A model generated the notes under the pieces. It worked only from the letters and a program-made list of their open reading frames with translations, had not been told where the DNA came from and made no database searches. A stretch of 64,000 nucleotides of DNA. It comes from Ignavibacteria bacterium. Its GTDB lineage: Bacteria > Bacteroidota > Ignavibacteria > UBA10030 > SZUA-254. Position numbers and translations under genes: made by a program. Of the stretch, positions 9,819 to 20,508 are shown piece by piece. The stretch covers positions 153,181 to 217,180 of the forward strand of contig JACOSY010000013.1 in assembly GCA_016178595.1 (NCBI GenBank). Direction: 5' to 3'. How positions within the stretch are numbered: position 1 is the first letter of the stretch; the number at the start of each line of letters is the position of its first letter.

Positions 9819-11444
9819 ATGGGTATCAAAGAAGAAATACTACGCCGGCGAACATTCGCGATCATCTCGCACCCGGACGCCGGTAAGACGACACTGACAG
9901 AGAAGTTTTTGCTCTATGGTGGAGCCGTGCAGCTTGCCGGCTCGGTCACGGCGCGCAAGAACCAGCGCCAGTCCACATCCGATTGGATGGAGCTTGAACG
10001 CAAGCGCGGCATTTCGATCAGCTCGACCGTACTCCAATTTGATTACAACGGTTACCGCGTCAACTTGCTCGACACGCCGGGTCACCAGGATTTTTCTGAA
10101 GACACGTACCGCGTCTTGACGGCAGTCGACGCCGTGGTGATGGTGATCGACGCTGCAAAAGGCATCGAGAAGCAGACGCGCAAGCTCTTCGAAGTCTGCC
10201 GGCGGCGCGGCATTCCCATTTTTACATTCATGAACAAGCTCGATCGTCCGACAAAAGATCCGCTCGAACTTCTCGACGAGCTTGAACACGTCCTGGGCAT
10301 TCAAGCACACGTCATGAATTTCCCGCTCGGCACCGGCTTCGAGTTCCGTGGCGTCTTTGATCGGCAGGAGAAGCGGGTTCACTTCTTTGAGCTGACGTCC
10401 GGCGGTGCATACAAAGCGCCGGTCACCATCTCCGATCTTTCCGATCCCGTCGTGAAGGATCGTCTGGACGACAAAACGTACGCGAAGCTTGTTGAAGAGT
10501 TGGAAATACTTGACCACGCAGGCTCTCTGTTCGATGTGAAAGCCGTGCGGGAAGGAAAACTTACGCCTGTCTTCTTCGGGAGCGCAAGAAATAATTTCGG
10601 CGTGCAGCTTCTCCTCGATCGATTCCTCAAATATGCCGGACCGCCGCAACCGCGGATGAGCAACCGCACCGCTGTTCCGCTCGAGCACGAGAAATTCTCC
10701 GGCTTCATTTTCAAAATACAGGCAAACATGGATCCGCGGCACCGCGATCGCATCGCGTTCGTGCGCGTCTGCTCGGGAAAATTCGAGCGTGATATGACCG
10801 TAACGCACCAGCGAACCGGAAAAAAGGTTCGGCTGTCGAATGCAAGCAAGCTCTTCGGCCAATCGCGCGAGACTATCAATGAAGCGTACCCCGGCGATAT
10901 CGTCGGATTTGTCGGCCAGCAGAACTTTGGCATCGGCGATACGGTAACGGAAGACGATGAGATCATCTACAATGAAATTCCTCACTTCCCCCCCGAAGTA
11001 TTTGCGATGTTGCAAAATCCGAATCCGGCAAACTTCAAGAAGTTCCGCGAAGGACTGGATCAGCTCTTGCAGGAAGGGGTCGTGCAGGGACTCCAGCGAA
11101 CGAACGCCGCGCAGCGAGTCCCGATCCTCGCTGCCGTTGGTCCATTGCAATTCGAAGTCGTGCAATACCGGCTCGAAAGTGAGTACGGAGCTGAATCGCG
11201 ACTTGAACAAACTGAATGGAAGCTGCTTCAGTGGATCGATCCTGCGATACATCGTGAACTCATCACGGAGAACATCCTCCCAACCGGTGCCGCGCTCGTA
11301 CAGAATGGAGACGATCAGTTGGGGATTCTTTTCACCGGCGACTGGGGGCTGAACTATTTCCAGGAAAAAAATCCATCAATCGGTCTTTCAGAGCTTCCGT
11401 TTACGAACGGACAATCGAATGGCGAATGGCCCGAAGTAACATAA
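9819..11444 (+). CDS. prfC: Peptide chain release factor 3
   Basis: RRRTFAIISHPDAGKTTLTEK, DFSEDTYR, FKIQANMDPRHRDR, GPLQFEV. Confidence 0.97.
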   Translation: MGIKEEILRRRTFAIISHPDAGKTTLTEKFLLYGGAVQLAGSVTARKNQRQSTSDWMELERKRGISISSTVLQFDYNGYRVNLLDTPGHQDFSEDTYRVLTAVDAVVMVIDAAKGIEKQTRKLFEVCRRRGIPIFTFMNKLDRPTKDPLELLDELEHVLGIQAHVMNFPLGTGFEFRGVFDRQEKRVHFFELTSGGAYKAPVTISDLSDPVVKDRLDDKTYAKLVEELEILDHAGSLFDVKAVREGKLTPVFFGSARNNFGVQLLLDRFLKYAGPPQPRMSNRTAVPLEHEKFSGFIFKIQANMDPRHRDRIAFVRVCSGKFERDMTVTHQRTGKKVRLSNASKLFGQSRETINEAYPGDIVGFVGQQNFGIGDTVTEDDEIIYNEIPHFPPEVFAMLQNPNPANFKKFREGLDQLLQEGVVQGLQRTNAAQRVPILAAVGPLQFEVVQYRLESEYGAESRLEQTEWKLLQWIDPAIHRELITENILPTGAALVQNGDDQLGILFTGDWGLNYFQEKNPSIGLSELPFTNGQSNGEWPEVT

Positions 11445-11550
11445 ACAGTGTAAGAGTTTTTTGGAAAGAGCGCCGCTCACACCCGGGCGCCTTGACGTTT
11501 CAGGATGTACGCGCAATGACGAAGCAATTGGCAAGGTCAACGATACTGCT

Positions 11551-13770
11551 ATGAAGACGCTGACACTTCCCGTTGAGGGAATGACCTGCGCAAGCTGCGT
11601 CGCACGGGTTGAGAGAGCGCTTACGAAAGTAGAAGGTGTGAAGGAAGCGAACGTGAACCTCGCGATGGAGAACGTTGCGCTCACGTTCGATGAATCGAAG
11701 ACGAATGTGAATGCCCTTGCTTCCGCCGTGGAGGGTGCAGGATACAAACTCACGCTTCCAACATTGGAAAGAGAAATTGCTCAACATGAAATTTCGCCTC
11801 AACAACGATCCTACCGAAAGCTGAAAAAGGAATTCCTCTTCAGTCTCATCCTTGCAATTCCCATCATCGCGATCAGCATGATGAGCATGATGGGCTGGTT
11901 TATGCGGTGGTCGCCGCTCGAAATGGATGAAGTGAACACAGTATTGCTGATTCTCGCTACACCCGTAGTGTTTGTTGCCGGAAAACGATTCTACATCGCG
12001 GCGTGGACAAACGCAAAACACTTTGCGGCCAACATGAACACGCTTGTTGCCATTGGGACCGGTGTCGCCTATCTTTACAGTGCGCTTATCGTATTGTTCC
12101 CTGCATGGTTCTCCGGGCGTGCAACCGTGTATTTCGATACGGCGTCCACGATCATCGTGCTGATTTTAATGGGACGATTGCTGGAAGCGCGTGCCAAGAG
12201 CAAGACGACCGATGCAATCAAGAAACTCATGCAACTTCAGCCGAAAACGGCGATAATCGTTCGGGATGGGACTGAAGTGGAAATCGAAATCGACAACGCA
12301 GCCGTGAACGATATCATGCGGATTCGCCCGGGCGAACAGATCCCGGTCGATGGCATTATCACGAATGGGTACACGACCATTGATGAGTCGATGATAACGG
12401 GTGAGAGTATGCCTGTCGAGAAAAGCACCGGAGACAACGTCACCGGAGGCACAATCAATAAGAACGGCAGCATCGATTTCCGGGCGATTGCAGTCGGCAA
12501 AAATACTGTTCTCGCCCAGATCATTACGTTGGTGGAAAATGCCCAAGGCTCGAAAGCTCCTATCCAAAGATTGGCGGATCGAATTGCCGCGGTCTTTGTT
12601 CCTATCGTCATCGGGATTGCCATTGTTGCGTTCGTCGTATGGTACTACGTTGTCGGAGCTGCTTTCACGGATGCGATGATAAACTTCATTGCCGTCCTCA
12701 TCATAGCGTGTCCGTGTGCGCTGGGGCTTGCGACTCCGACGGCGATCATGGTGGGAACCGGGCGCGGCGCCTCGATGGGTGTGCTCATCAAGAATGCGGA
12801 AAGCCTCGAGCGTGCCCACCGGATCGATACTATGGTTTTCGATAAGACGGGCACGATCACCGCGGGGAAACCATCTGTCACTGATATCGTCATCTACGAT
12901 GGATATGATGAAGAGACCGTTCTTTCTCGCGCCGCCGCCGTTGAGAAGAGATCTGAACATCCGCTTGCGAAGGCGATCGTTGAGTATGCAGGGCAGAAAA
13001 ATCTTTCTCTCGTTTCGGTTGAGTCGTTTAATTCGCGGACGGGATTCGGCGTCACCGGCGTAGTTGATGGTGATGCAGTTGCCGTTGGCAACTCTGCTAT
13101 GATGAAAGAGTACGCGATCCGCGATGAAAAAATTGAAACTGTCGCCAGTCAATTCACAGAACAAGGCAAAACAGCGGTCGTTGTGGCAATCAACGGCGGA
13201 GTTGCAGCAGTAATTGCTCTATCGGATACGATGAGCCCGTCGGTTAAAGAAACGATGCTGAAACTCCAGGAGATGGGGATTCATATCATCATGATGACAG
13301 GCGATAATGCACAAACAGCCAGGGTCATAGCAAAACAGGCAGGCATCGAAGATGTGCTCTCGGAAGTCCTGCCGCATGAGAAAGCGCGGAAGGTGAAAGA
13401 GACACAGTCGTTGGGAAAAATTGTGGGAATGGTTGGCGATGGTATCAACGATGCACCCGCACTTGCGCAGGCTGATGTCGGTATCGCCATGGGAAGAGGG
13501 ACCGCCATTTCGCTCGAGACTGCCGATATCGCTCTTATGAAATCGGATCTTGGCGGCGTCATCAACGTAATCAATCTCTCGCGACAGACGATTCGGACGA
13601 TCAAGCAGAATCTGTTTTGGGCATTCATTTACAATGTGATCGGCATTCCGCTGGCCGCATTCGGTTTTTTGAATCCGGTTATTGCCGCCGGAGCAATGGC
13701 GCTGAGCTCTGTGAGTGTTGTGTCGAATTCCCTCCGCCTAAAGAACATGCGGCTGCCGTTTGCAAAGTAA
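11551..13770 (+). CDS. copA: Cu(I)-translocating P1B-1 ATPase
   Basis: GMTCASC HMA domain, TGES, CPC, DKTGT, SEHP, GDGINDAPAL, YN and MALSS TM motifs. Confidence 0.93.
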   Translation: MKTLTLPVEGMTCASCVARVERALTKVEGVKEANVNLAMENVALTFDESKTNVNALASAVEGAGYKLTLPTLEREIAQHEISPQQRSYRKLKKEFLFSLILAIPIIAISMMSMMGWFMRWSPLEMDEVNTVLLILATPVVFVAGKRFYIAAWTNAKHFAANMNTLVAIGTGVAYLYSALIVLFPAWFSGRATVYFDTASTIIVLILMGRLLEARAKSKTTDAIKKLMQLQPKTAIIVRDGTEVEIEIDNAAVNDIMRIRPGEQIPVDGIITNGYTTIDESMITGESMPVEKSTGDNVTGGTINKNGSIDFRAIAVGKNTVLAQIITLVENAQGSKAPIQRLADRIAAVFVPIVIGIAIVAFVVWYYVVGAAFTDAMINFIAVLIIACPCALGLATPTAIMVGTGRGASMGVLIKNAESLERAHRIDTMVFDKTGTITAGKPSVTDIVIYDGYDEETVLSRAAAVEKRSEHPLAKAIVEYAGQKNLSLVSVESFNSRTGFGVTGVVDGDAVAVGNSAMMKEYAIRDEKIETVASQFTEQGKTAVVVAINGGVAAVIALSDTMSPSVKETMLKLQEMGIHIIMMTGDNAQTARVIAKQAGIEDVLSEVLPHEKARKVKETQSLGKIVGMVGDGINDAPALAQADVGIAMGRGTAISLETADIALMKSDLGGVINVINLSRQTIRTIKQNLFWAFIYNVIGIPLAAFGFLNPVIAAGAMALSSVSVVSNSLRLKNMRLPFAK

Positions 13771-13786
13771 CGAATGCAAGAAGATG

Positions 13787-14392
13787 CTATTTCAAAGCGA
13801 ACTCCAACCCAACGCCAAAGTTTATCCAGCTCAGGGTGGATCCTTCTGTAAAGATCGCCGTGTAGTTGGTGTGCGCGTTGAGATCAAGCTTCTCGCCCAG
13901 TCTGAACAATGCGCCGAGGGTTGGGGAGACGCCGAACTTTGATTCGGTACTGCTGCCACTTCCGGAAATCGTTGACCCACCGTCACTAAAGCTGACATCG
14001 ACATTTACCGTTGAGATGTAAAGCCCGGCCTCGGCCGCGAGGTAAACGTGAGACTCACCTTGGTTGAGGAATATCCTTGCGGCGCCCGTAATTGGCATGA
14101 TGTTGAACGAGGACTTGACATTCAAGGCTTGACCGTTGAACTGAATCAAATACTCCTTGCCGCTAAAGTGCATGTAGCTGAATTTTCCCATGAGCGTAAC
14201 CGTGGGACTGACCATGCAGCCAACCCAGCCGCCACCACCAAAGCCAAAATCGCTTCCGGTCTTAAAGTCTCCCGTAGGAATACCGCCGCTTCCGGTGAAT
14301 CCAACGACCCACTGACCGGTTCCCACATCCTGTGCAAGAATCGGAAGCGCGCAGAAAAGTGACAGCGTACATACGGTAAGAAGTGTCTTCAT
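13787..14392 (-). CDS. Outer-membrane beta-barrel protein
   Basis: Signal peptide, amphipathic strands, C-terminal NFGVGLEF. Confidence 0.75.
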   Translation of the reverse strand: MKTLLTVCTLSLFCALPILAQDVGTGQWVVGFTGSGGIPTGDFKTGSDFGFGGGGWVGCMVSPTVTLMGKFSYMHFSGKEYLIQFNGQALNVKSSFNIMPITGAARIFLNQGESHVYLAAEAGLYISTVNVDVSFSDGGSTISGSGSSTESKFGVSPTLGALFRLGEKLDLNAHTNYTAIFTEGSTLSWINFGVGLEFALK

Positions 14393-14672
14393 GACAACCT
14401 CGTTAGGATGTTTGTGAATGGATCATTTGTCCCCCGGTTTTGAACAGTGCATGGTAGTGAACTTTTGCACGATTGTCAAACGACTGGAGAGATCGCTTGT
14501 TCAGCCATTCTATCGGATGCGCTGCTGAACAGAGAGAACCCCGGGTGCATTGACGACAATCGATGCACAGAGAAGGAATCAATCATCTGGATATTTTTTT
14601 GCTATTCGGATTGCTTTTTTGTTAAGAAAAAACGGTTCGGGACGACGAACAAAAAGCGGCGAAAGATTTTCC

Positions 14673-14726
14673 TTGACAAAAAGGGCGGCGATGATTATCT
14701 TAAATTTAAACTATTTAAGTTTAAAT
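14673..14726 (+). promoter_or_regulatory. Sigma70 promoter with overlapping MarR-type operator
   Basis: TTGACA(14673)-N17-TATCTT(14696); perfect inverted repeat ATTTAAACT-N5-AGTTTAAAT at 14704-14726. Confidence 0.8.
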
Positions 14727-14734
14727 GGTAAGCG

Positions 14735-15196
14735 ATGAAAACGACCAAAAAATACGGTAAAAAGGTCGATGCGGCACTGAGCCTCTGGGTAAAGCTTGCC
14801 AGGGCAAGTGCAACGTGCTGGAAACTGGCGGACGAGAATATCCGATCCTTCGGTCTTACGGAACCACAGTTCGGTGTTCTGGAGTGTCTCGGCCATTTGG
14901 GTCCGCTGACGCTGGGAGAACTTTCCAAGAAGCAGCTTGTCAGCGGCGGCAACATTACGTGCGTCATCGATAATCTTGAACGCGATGGATTGGTCGAACG
15001 TGTTGCGAGCAAGGAAGATCGCCGGGCCGTTGTCGCGCAATTGACGCCGAAAGGAAAAAAGCGTTTCGACGACATTTTTGTTGAGCATGCGCAATTCATT
15101 ACAAAGATCGCTTCGGTACTGACCGAGCATGAGCAGGAAGAGCTGTCTAAACTCTTAAGGAAATTAGGTCTTTCATTAGGCGAACAGCTTTCATAA
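14735..15196 (+). CDS. MarR family regulator (MhqR-like)
   Basis: GLTEPQFGVLE...GNITCVIDNLERDGLVER...EDRR. Confidence 0.9.
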   Translation: MKTTKKYGKKVDAALSLWVKLARASATCWKLADENIRSFGLTEPQFGVLECLGHLGPLTLGELSKKQLVSGGNITCVIDNLERDGLVERVASKEDRRAVVAQLTPKGKKRFDDIFVEHAQFITKIASVLTEHEQEELSKLLRKLGLSLGEQLS

Positions 15197-15239
15197 ATTC
15201 CACCATTCACAACCATCGCTATAGAAAGGACACACACAG

Positions 15240-15842
15240 ATGAAAACACTCACCGTACTCTTATTCGCTCTCCTTGTCGCCGTTGGATCGTTGACGGCGC
15301 AGACGACATGGAAGGGAGACAAGGCACACAGCCGCGTCGAATTCACCGTGACGCACTTACTCATCTCCGAAGTCACCGGTCGTTTTACCGATTTTGATGC
15401 AACGCTTGAGCAGGGCGCTGACGATTTCAGCGGCAGCAAAGTGCAGGCAACGATCCGCACTGCGAGCGTGAACACGGATAACGAATTTCGCGACAAAGAT
15501 CTTCGCTCCGACAACTTCTTCAACGCCGATTCATTTCCAACGATCACGTTCAAGAGCACGAAATTCGAGAAGACAGGGAAAGACACATATCTCATCACCG
15601 GCGACCTCACCATCCGCAACATCACGAAGTCCGTTGTGCTGAACGCGGTTCTCAAAGGTCAGTACTCTGACTCCAAGGGACATGCAAAGGCTGGATTTAA
15701 GGCAACGACCACGATCGATCGGTTTGAGTTCGGGATAAAGTGGAATAGAACGATCGAAACGGGGGGACTCGTTGCGAGCAAGGAAGTCGGCATTACACTT
15801 CTCTTTGAGCTTAACAAGCAGATGCCGGGGGCGTCGAAGTAA
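15240..15842 (+). CDS. YceI family polyisoprenoid-binding protein
   Basis: Signal peptide, HSRVEF, RDKDLRSDNFF, GDLTIR, IDRFEFGI. Confidence 0.92.
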   Translation: MKTLTVLLFALLVAVGSLTAQTTWKGDKAHSRVEFTVTHLLISEVTGRFTDFDATLEQGADDFSGSKVQATIRTASVNTDNEFRDKDLRSDNFFNADSFPTITFKSTKFEKTGKDTYLITGDLTIRNITKSVVLNAVLKGQYSDSKGHAKAGFKATTTIDRFEFGIKWNRTIETGGLVASKEVGITLLFELNKQMPGASK

Positions 15843-15983
15843 GCATGGAGCAACCTGTTGGTGCCGTCTATGTAGTGTGTGATGGTGGTGGATTCGATGG
15901 CGGCGGCACCGACGGGCATATTTCACACAAGGCAGTCACGACGCGATGACGAATAGATCGACTGAAGAACTGAGAGGACAAAC

Positions 15984-16280
15984 ATGAACCAGTACATGGT
16001 GATCATAACACTGCCGGAAGAGATGAGCGATGAGTTCCTCTCTTTCATTCCACAACAGCGCGCACACATTAACAGGTTACTCGAAGAAGGTGTTGTGTGG
16101 AGTTATTCTCTTGCGCTCGATCGCTCGAAGCTGTGGGCTGTCATCCAGGGACAGTCTAAGCAAGAAGTGAGTCGGATCCTCGATGAGTTTCCGCTGAGAA
16201 AGTTCATGACTGCCGAAGTCGTTGAGCTTGCGTTCCACAAGACAAGAATCAGTCCGCTGTTAGCAGTCTCGATGAACTGA
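15984..16280 (+). CDS. Muconolactone isomerase/YciI-like small protein
   Basis: IPQQRAHINRLLEEG...YSLALDRSKLW pattern; RBS GAGGA. Confidence 0.6.
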   Translation: MNQYMVIITLPEEMSDEFLSFIPQQRAHINRLLEEGVVWSYSLALDRSKLWAVIQGQSKQEVSRILDEFPLRKFMTAEVVELAFHKTRISPLLAVSMN

Positions 16281-16364
16281 CGTCTGTCGGTAAAAGTGTG
16301 TACAGTCTTGCCATGAGCGATCGGGTAATCGAAAGTTCTATCCTGTGCCACTCGAGCACCTGCC

Positions 16365-17033
16365 TTAGTGCGCTTCCTTCAGTTTGGTCTTGAATACCGC
16401 TTTGAATTTTTCCACTTTCGGCTGGATAACGAACTTGCAATAGGGCTGGTTGCCGTTTTCATTGAAGTAGTTCTGGTGGTAATCTTCTGCTTTGAAGAAG
16501 TTTGTGAAAGGGACAATCTCCGTTACGATCGGTGCGTTGAATGCACCTGAAGCATCGAGTTCTTTCTTGTAGTGCTCGGCAAGCGTACGCTGCTCATCGT
16601 TGTGGTAGAAGATGGCCGAGCGGTACTGCGTTCCTTCATCGTTTCCCTGCCGGTTGAGTGTCGTTGGGTCGTGCACCTTCCAGAAGACCTCGAGAAGTTC
16701 CGCGTACGATATCTCTTTTGGATCAAAGGCAATCTGGCAAGCCTCGGCGTGCCCTGTGGTGTCGGTACAGACTTGTTTGTAGTTGGGATTCGGAACGTGT
16801 CCGCCGGAGTAGCCCGAGACGATCGAGCGTACACCTTTGAGATTTTGGAAGATGGCTTCCACACACCAGAAACATCCTGCAGCGAATGTTGCCGTATCAA
16901 CCGTTGTCGAGTTCATAGCTCCCCTCCGTTTGTGTTGTGCCTTTGTATTGTCTCCAAACAATGTGCCGTGCGATTCCGTCGTTCCAACAAGAACAAGCAG
17001 CATCGCGACGATTCCACCGATATGTCTCATCAT
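16365..17033 (-). CDS. msrA: Peptide-methionine (S)-S-oxide reductase MsrA, probably exported
   Basis: GCFWC, GHAEA, GTQYRSAIF, AEDYHQNY; hydrophobic N-terminus from ATG 17033. Confidence 0.95.
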   Translation of the reverse strand: MMRHIGGIVAMLLVLVGTTESHGTLFGDNTKAQHKRRGAMNSTTVDTATFAAGCFWCVEAIFQNLKGVRSIVSGYSGGHVPNPNYKQVCTDTTGHAEACQIAFDPKEISYAELLEVFWKVHDPTTLNRQGNDEGTQYRSAIFYHNDEQRTLAEHYKKELDASGAFNAPIVTEIVPFTNFFKAEDYHQNYFNENGNQPYCKFVIQPKVEKFKAVFKTKLKEAH

Positions 17034-17230
17034 TTTTCCTTTCGTATAACTGCGATCATGATCGGATCGGCGAGCCCGCATGCCATTCCGTTTGACAAAC
17101 ACCTTTTCATGATCGGCAATATTAATGTAGAGAAAGCCCGGCTAATTATCAAACATGAACATGACGGTGTGCGAACATTCGAGCGACCCCAGCCTTTCTT
17201 TCGTACGGAACATTTTCTACATTAGATCAG

Positions 17231-18001
17231 ATGAAGGCTAAAGGCTTCAAAGATTATTTCTCCCAACGGGCGGCAGACTATGCGCGATACAGGCCGCAGT
17301 ATCCCGAAGAACTTTTTCGCTATCTCGCGTCTCTTGTGGCGCGCCATGATCTCGCCTGGGATTGCGCGACAGGCAACGGACAGGCTGCGCAGGGCCTCGT
17401 GCCGTTCTTCAAGCGTGTCGTTGCAACAGATGCGAGCATCCGGCAGATCGAGCACGCCTACCCACATGACCGCATCGACTATATCGTCGCGTCGGCAGAA
17501 CGGTCGCCGCTCGAATCGTCCTCGGTCGATCTCATCGCGGTAGCGACTGCAGTTCACTGGTTCGATTTCGACAGGTTCTATGCCGAGGTCGATCGCGTCC
17601 TTCGTCCCGATGGCGTCATTGCCGTCTGGTGTTACGGATGGACAAGCATTTCACCCGGGATCGATGCGGTCACTGCAACGTATGGCCGGGATGTGGTTGG
17701 GCCATACTGGCCGCCGGAAAGACGATTCGTCGATGAAGGTTACCGGACAATTCCATTTCCCTTCATGGAGATTCCTTCACCGCCATTCACTCTTGAGCGG
17801 GAATGGACGATGGAGGAGCTGATCGGCTATTGGGAGACATGGTCGGCGACGAGGATGTACAGCGAACAACACCATGCCCATCCTGCTGATGAAGTCCGGG
17901 AGAAATTGGAAATGGCCTGGGGCGATCCGGCAGCGAAAAGACTCGTTCGGTGGCCGCTGCATTTGAGAGCAGGGCGGAAGAAAGATTTGAGTTTCGTTTG
18001 A
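17231..18001 (+). CDS. Class I SAM-dependent methyltransferase
   Basis: YARYRPQYP, WDCATGNGQAA, AVHWFD. Confidence 0.9.
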   Translation: MKAKGFKDYFSQRAADYARYRPQYPEELFRYLASLVARHDLAWDCATGNGQAAQGLVPFFKRVVATDASIRQIEHAYPHDRIDYIVASAERSPLESSSVDLIAVATAVHWFDFDRFYAEVDRVLRPDGVIAVWCYGWTSISPGIDAVTATYGRDVVGPYWPPERRFVDEGYRTIPFPFMEIPSPPFTLEREWTMEELIGYWETWSATRMYSEQHHAHPADEVREKLEMAWGDPAAKRLVRWPLHLRAGRKKDLSFV

Positions 18002-18138
18002 ATTCTAAGGACATTACAGACTCCGCACGGTTAGGATTGATACTGAGCCGCTGTGAGAGTCGGTTGACTGACATACAACTGATTTCACACGCATAGAATA
18101 TGATAAATGAATTTCATCACTGAAGCGTTACAACAACC

Positions 18139-19494
18139 ATGAAACTACATCGTCTCTTCTGTTTGCCGGTGATCGTCGCAGCGACAATCTCGGTGGGCGC
18201 GATTGCCCGGCAAAAAATGTCTCTGACGGTGGAACAGGCCATCGCAACGGGGCTGGAGAAAAGCAAGTCGCTTCATGCATCGTTGATGAGGGTGGAAGCG
18301 GCGGATGCGAAAGCGAGCGAGGTGAACGCTGCACGCCTTCCGAGCCTTCGATTGGGCGGTTCGTACGCACGATTGAGCGATGTGCCGGGGTTTGAGATCG
18401 GGCCGTTCCCACCGCTTCTTAACGATCGCGTGACCATATCGCCTGCGGTTTTCAATAACTATAACGTGAAGTTGTCATTGCAACAGCCCCTCTTCACAGG
18501 CATGCGACTCAACTCAAGCGCGGATATTGCCGACTACACATCGCAAGCAACGTCGCAGGACTACCACCGCGACCGCTCAGAGCTCGTCTATACCATCAAG
18601 GCATCATACTGGAATTTGTACAAGGCCATCGAATTCAAGAAAGTCATCGATGAAAACGTCGAGCAGATGAAGGCGCACCTCAGGGATGTTCAAAATATGG
18701 CGGCACAGGGACTCGTTACGAAAAATGAAGTCCTCAAGGTTGAAGTGCAGCTCTCGAACGTGCAGCTGCAGCAGATCGATGCACGCAACAATGTCCAGCT
18801 TGCGGCCATAGGTCTCAACAATGTCATCGATATCCCGCTCAATACGGAAATCGATCTCGCCTCGACTGTACAGCCGGAGTCGCAGAAGACGTATGGCAAT
18901 GTGAATGAACTCGTGCAGCAAGCTATTGACCGCCGGTACGAGGTAAAGTCGACGGAGCTGCATGTGAAGGCAAGCGAATCGGCAGTGACGCTTGCGCGAT
19001 CGGGCTGGTTCCCGCAAGTATTTCTCACCGGCAACTATTACTATGCGCGCCCGAACCAACGACTCTTCCCGACACAGGACAAGTTCAGCGATACATGGGA
19101 TGTCACACTGTCGGTCTCGCTCGATATTTGGAATTGGGGATCAACAATCCACCAAACCAATCAGGCACAGGCACAACTTGCGCAAGTGCAGGATGCGCTC
19201 GGGCAATTGAAGGACGGCATTGCGCTCGAAGTGACACAAAGTTATCTCAATTTCAACCAATCGAGGGAACGAATCGGTGTTGCAGAAAAAGGCGTGAGCC
19301 AGGCGGAAGAAAATCGCCGCATCACGAACGAGAAATTCAAGGCGGGCATTGCATTAAACTCCGATCTACTCGATGCAGAAGCGGCGCTCTTACAGGCGAA
19401 GTGGAATTACATCCAGTCGCTTGTCGATCATGAGCTTGCGGACGCGAAGCTGCAACAGGCCGCTGCACTCGACGAAGCTCCGGATAAACGTTAA
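18139..19494 (+). CDS. TolC family outer-membrane efflux protein
   Basis: Signal peptide, duplicated OEP helical repeats; no adjacent MFP or transporter. Confidence 0.9.
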   Translation: MKLHRLFCLPVIVAATISVGAIARQKMSLTVEQAIATGLEKSKSLHASLMRVEAADAKASEVNAARLPSLRLGGSYARLSDVPGFEIGPFPPLLNDRVTISPAVFNNYNVKLSLQQPLFTGMRLNSSADIADYTSQATSQDYHRDRSELVYTIKASYWNLYKAIEFKKVIDENVEQMKAHLRDVQNMAAQGLVTKNEVLKVEVQLSNVQLQQIDARNNVQLAAIGLNNVIDIPLNTEIDLASTVQPESQKTYGNVNELVQQAIDRRYEVKSTELHVKASESAVTLARSGWFPQVFLTGNYYYARPNQRLFPTQDKFSDTWDVTLSVSLDIWNWGSTIHQTNQAQAQLAQVQDALGQLKDGIALEVTQSYLNFNQSRERIGVAEKGVSQAEENRRITNEKFKAGIALNSDLLDAEAALLQAKWNYIQSLVDHELADAKLQQAAALDEAPDKR

Positions 19495-19542
19495 CGCGTC
19501 ATCGGATTTAAAAGTGAATAGAAATTTGCTGGAGAATAAGCG

Positions 19543-20508
19543 GTGACGACACGACGAAGGTTTCTCGCGAAGGTGGGAGTCGGAATTCTTGCTCCGAAGG
19601 TTCTGCTTGCTCAACAAGGTGAGCGAAGGCGGCGATCGGTTCTCGATATGCTCTTCGCAAACGATGTCACGGAACCGGCGCCCGTTCGTCCCGATCCGAA
19701 ACAGTGGGATAATTCTACGATTACGGCAGCGTGGATCGGACACGCGACCGTCCTCATCAATTTCTTCGGCACGAAGATCATTACCGATCCCGTCTTCTCG
19801 CAGAAGATCGGCATCAATCTGCTCGGGCTGGCGACGCTCGGTCCACAACGACTCGTTGAACCGGCGCTCCGTATAGACGAGCTGCCGCCGGTTGATCTGA
19901 TTCTCCTATCTCATGCACACATGGATCATCTTGATTTTCCCTCGCTCCGCAAATTCAACAAGAACATTTCCGTCGTTATGGCGAAGAACACTTCCGATCT
20001 TCTCTTCGGGCGCGGGTGGAAGGACGTGCGCGAGCTTGATTGGGGGGAAACAGTAACATTGAAGGGCGTAACAATCGAAGCGCTGAAAGTCCGTCACTTC
20101 GGTTGGAGATTTCCGTGGGAGAAGGATCGCTCGCGCGGCGAGTGGAATGGGAGAAGTTTCAACGCGTATCTTCTCTCGAAGAATGGAAAGCATATCGTCT
20201 TCGGCGGAGACACGGCGTACCAGGAATTCTTCACAAGTCTCGCAGACCGAAACATTCCCATCGATCTCGCCATCCTGCCCATCGGGGCGTACGATCCGTG
20301 GATTCACGTGCACGCAAATCCCGAGCAAGCCGTGGCAATGGCGAACCACATGAAGGCGAAGGCCATCCTCCCGATTCACTGGAACACATTCACGCTCAGC
20401 TTCGAGCCGCAGCGGGAGCCGATTGAGCGGTTAAAGCGGGCGCTCGCACAGCATTCACCCACTCTTGCCCTTGACGACGTCGGGCAAACGTGGAGGCTTA
20501 CTTCGTAA
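19543..20508 (+). CDS. MBL-fold metallo-hydrolase with Tat-like signal
   Basis: TRRRFL, SHAHMDH, GGDT, PIGAY, PIHW. Confidence 0.9.
   Translation: MTTRRRFLAKVGVGILAPKVLLAQQGERRRRSVLDMLFANDVTEPAPVRPDPKQWDNSTITAAWIGHATVLINFFGTKIITDPVFSQKIGINLLGLATLGPQRLVEPALRIDELPPVDLILLSHAHMDHLDFPSLRKFNKNISVVMAKNTSDLLFGRGWKDVRELDWGETVTLKGVTIEALKVRHFGWRFPWEKDRSRGEWNGRSFNAYLLSKNGKHIVFGGDTAYQEFFTSLADRNIPIDLAILPIGAYDPWIHVHANPEQAVAMANHMKAKAILPIHWNTFTLSFEPQREPIERLKRALAQHSPTLALDDVGQTWRLTS

Noticed and set aside
9840-11252. Long antisense ORFs (470 aa opposite prfC; others opposite typA, copA, ubiD, vWA and mdh)
   Set aside because: Shadows of well-supported genes; no motifs of their own
14453-14470. Possible sigma54 promoter TGGTAG...TTGCA
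   Set aside because: GG to GC spacing is 12 nt rather than 10
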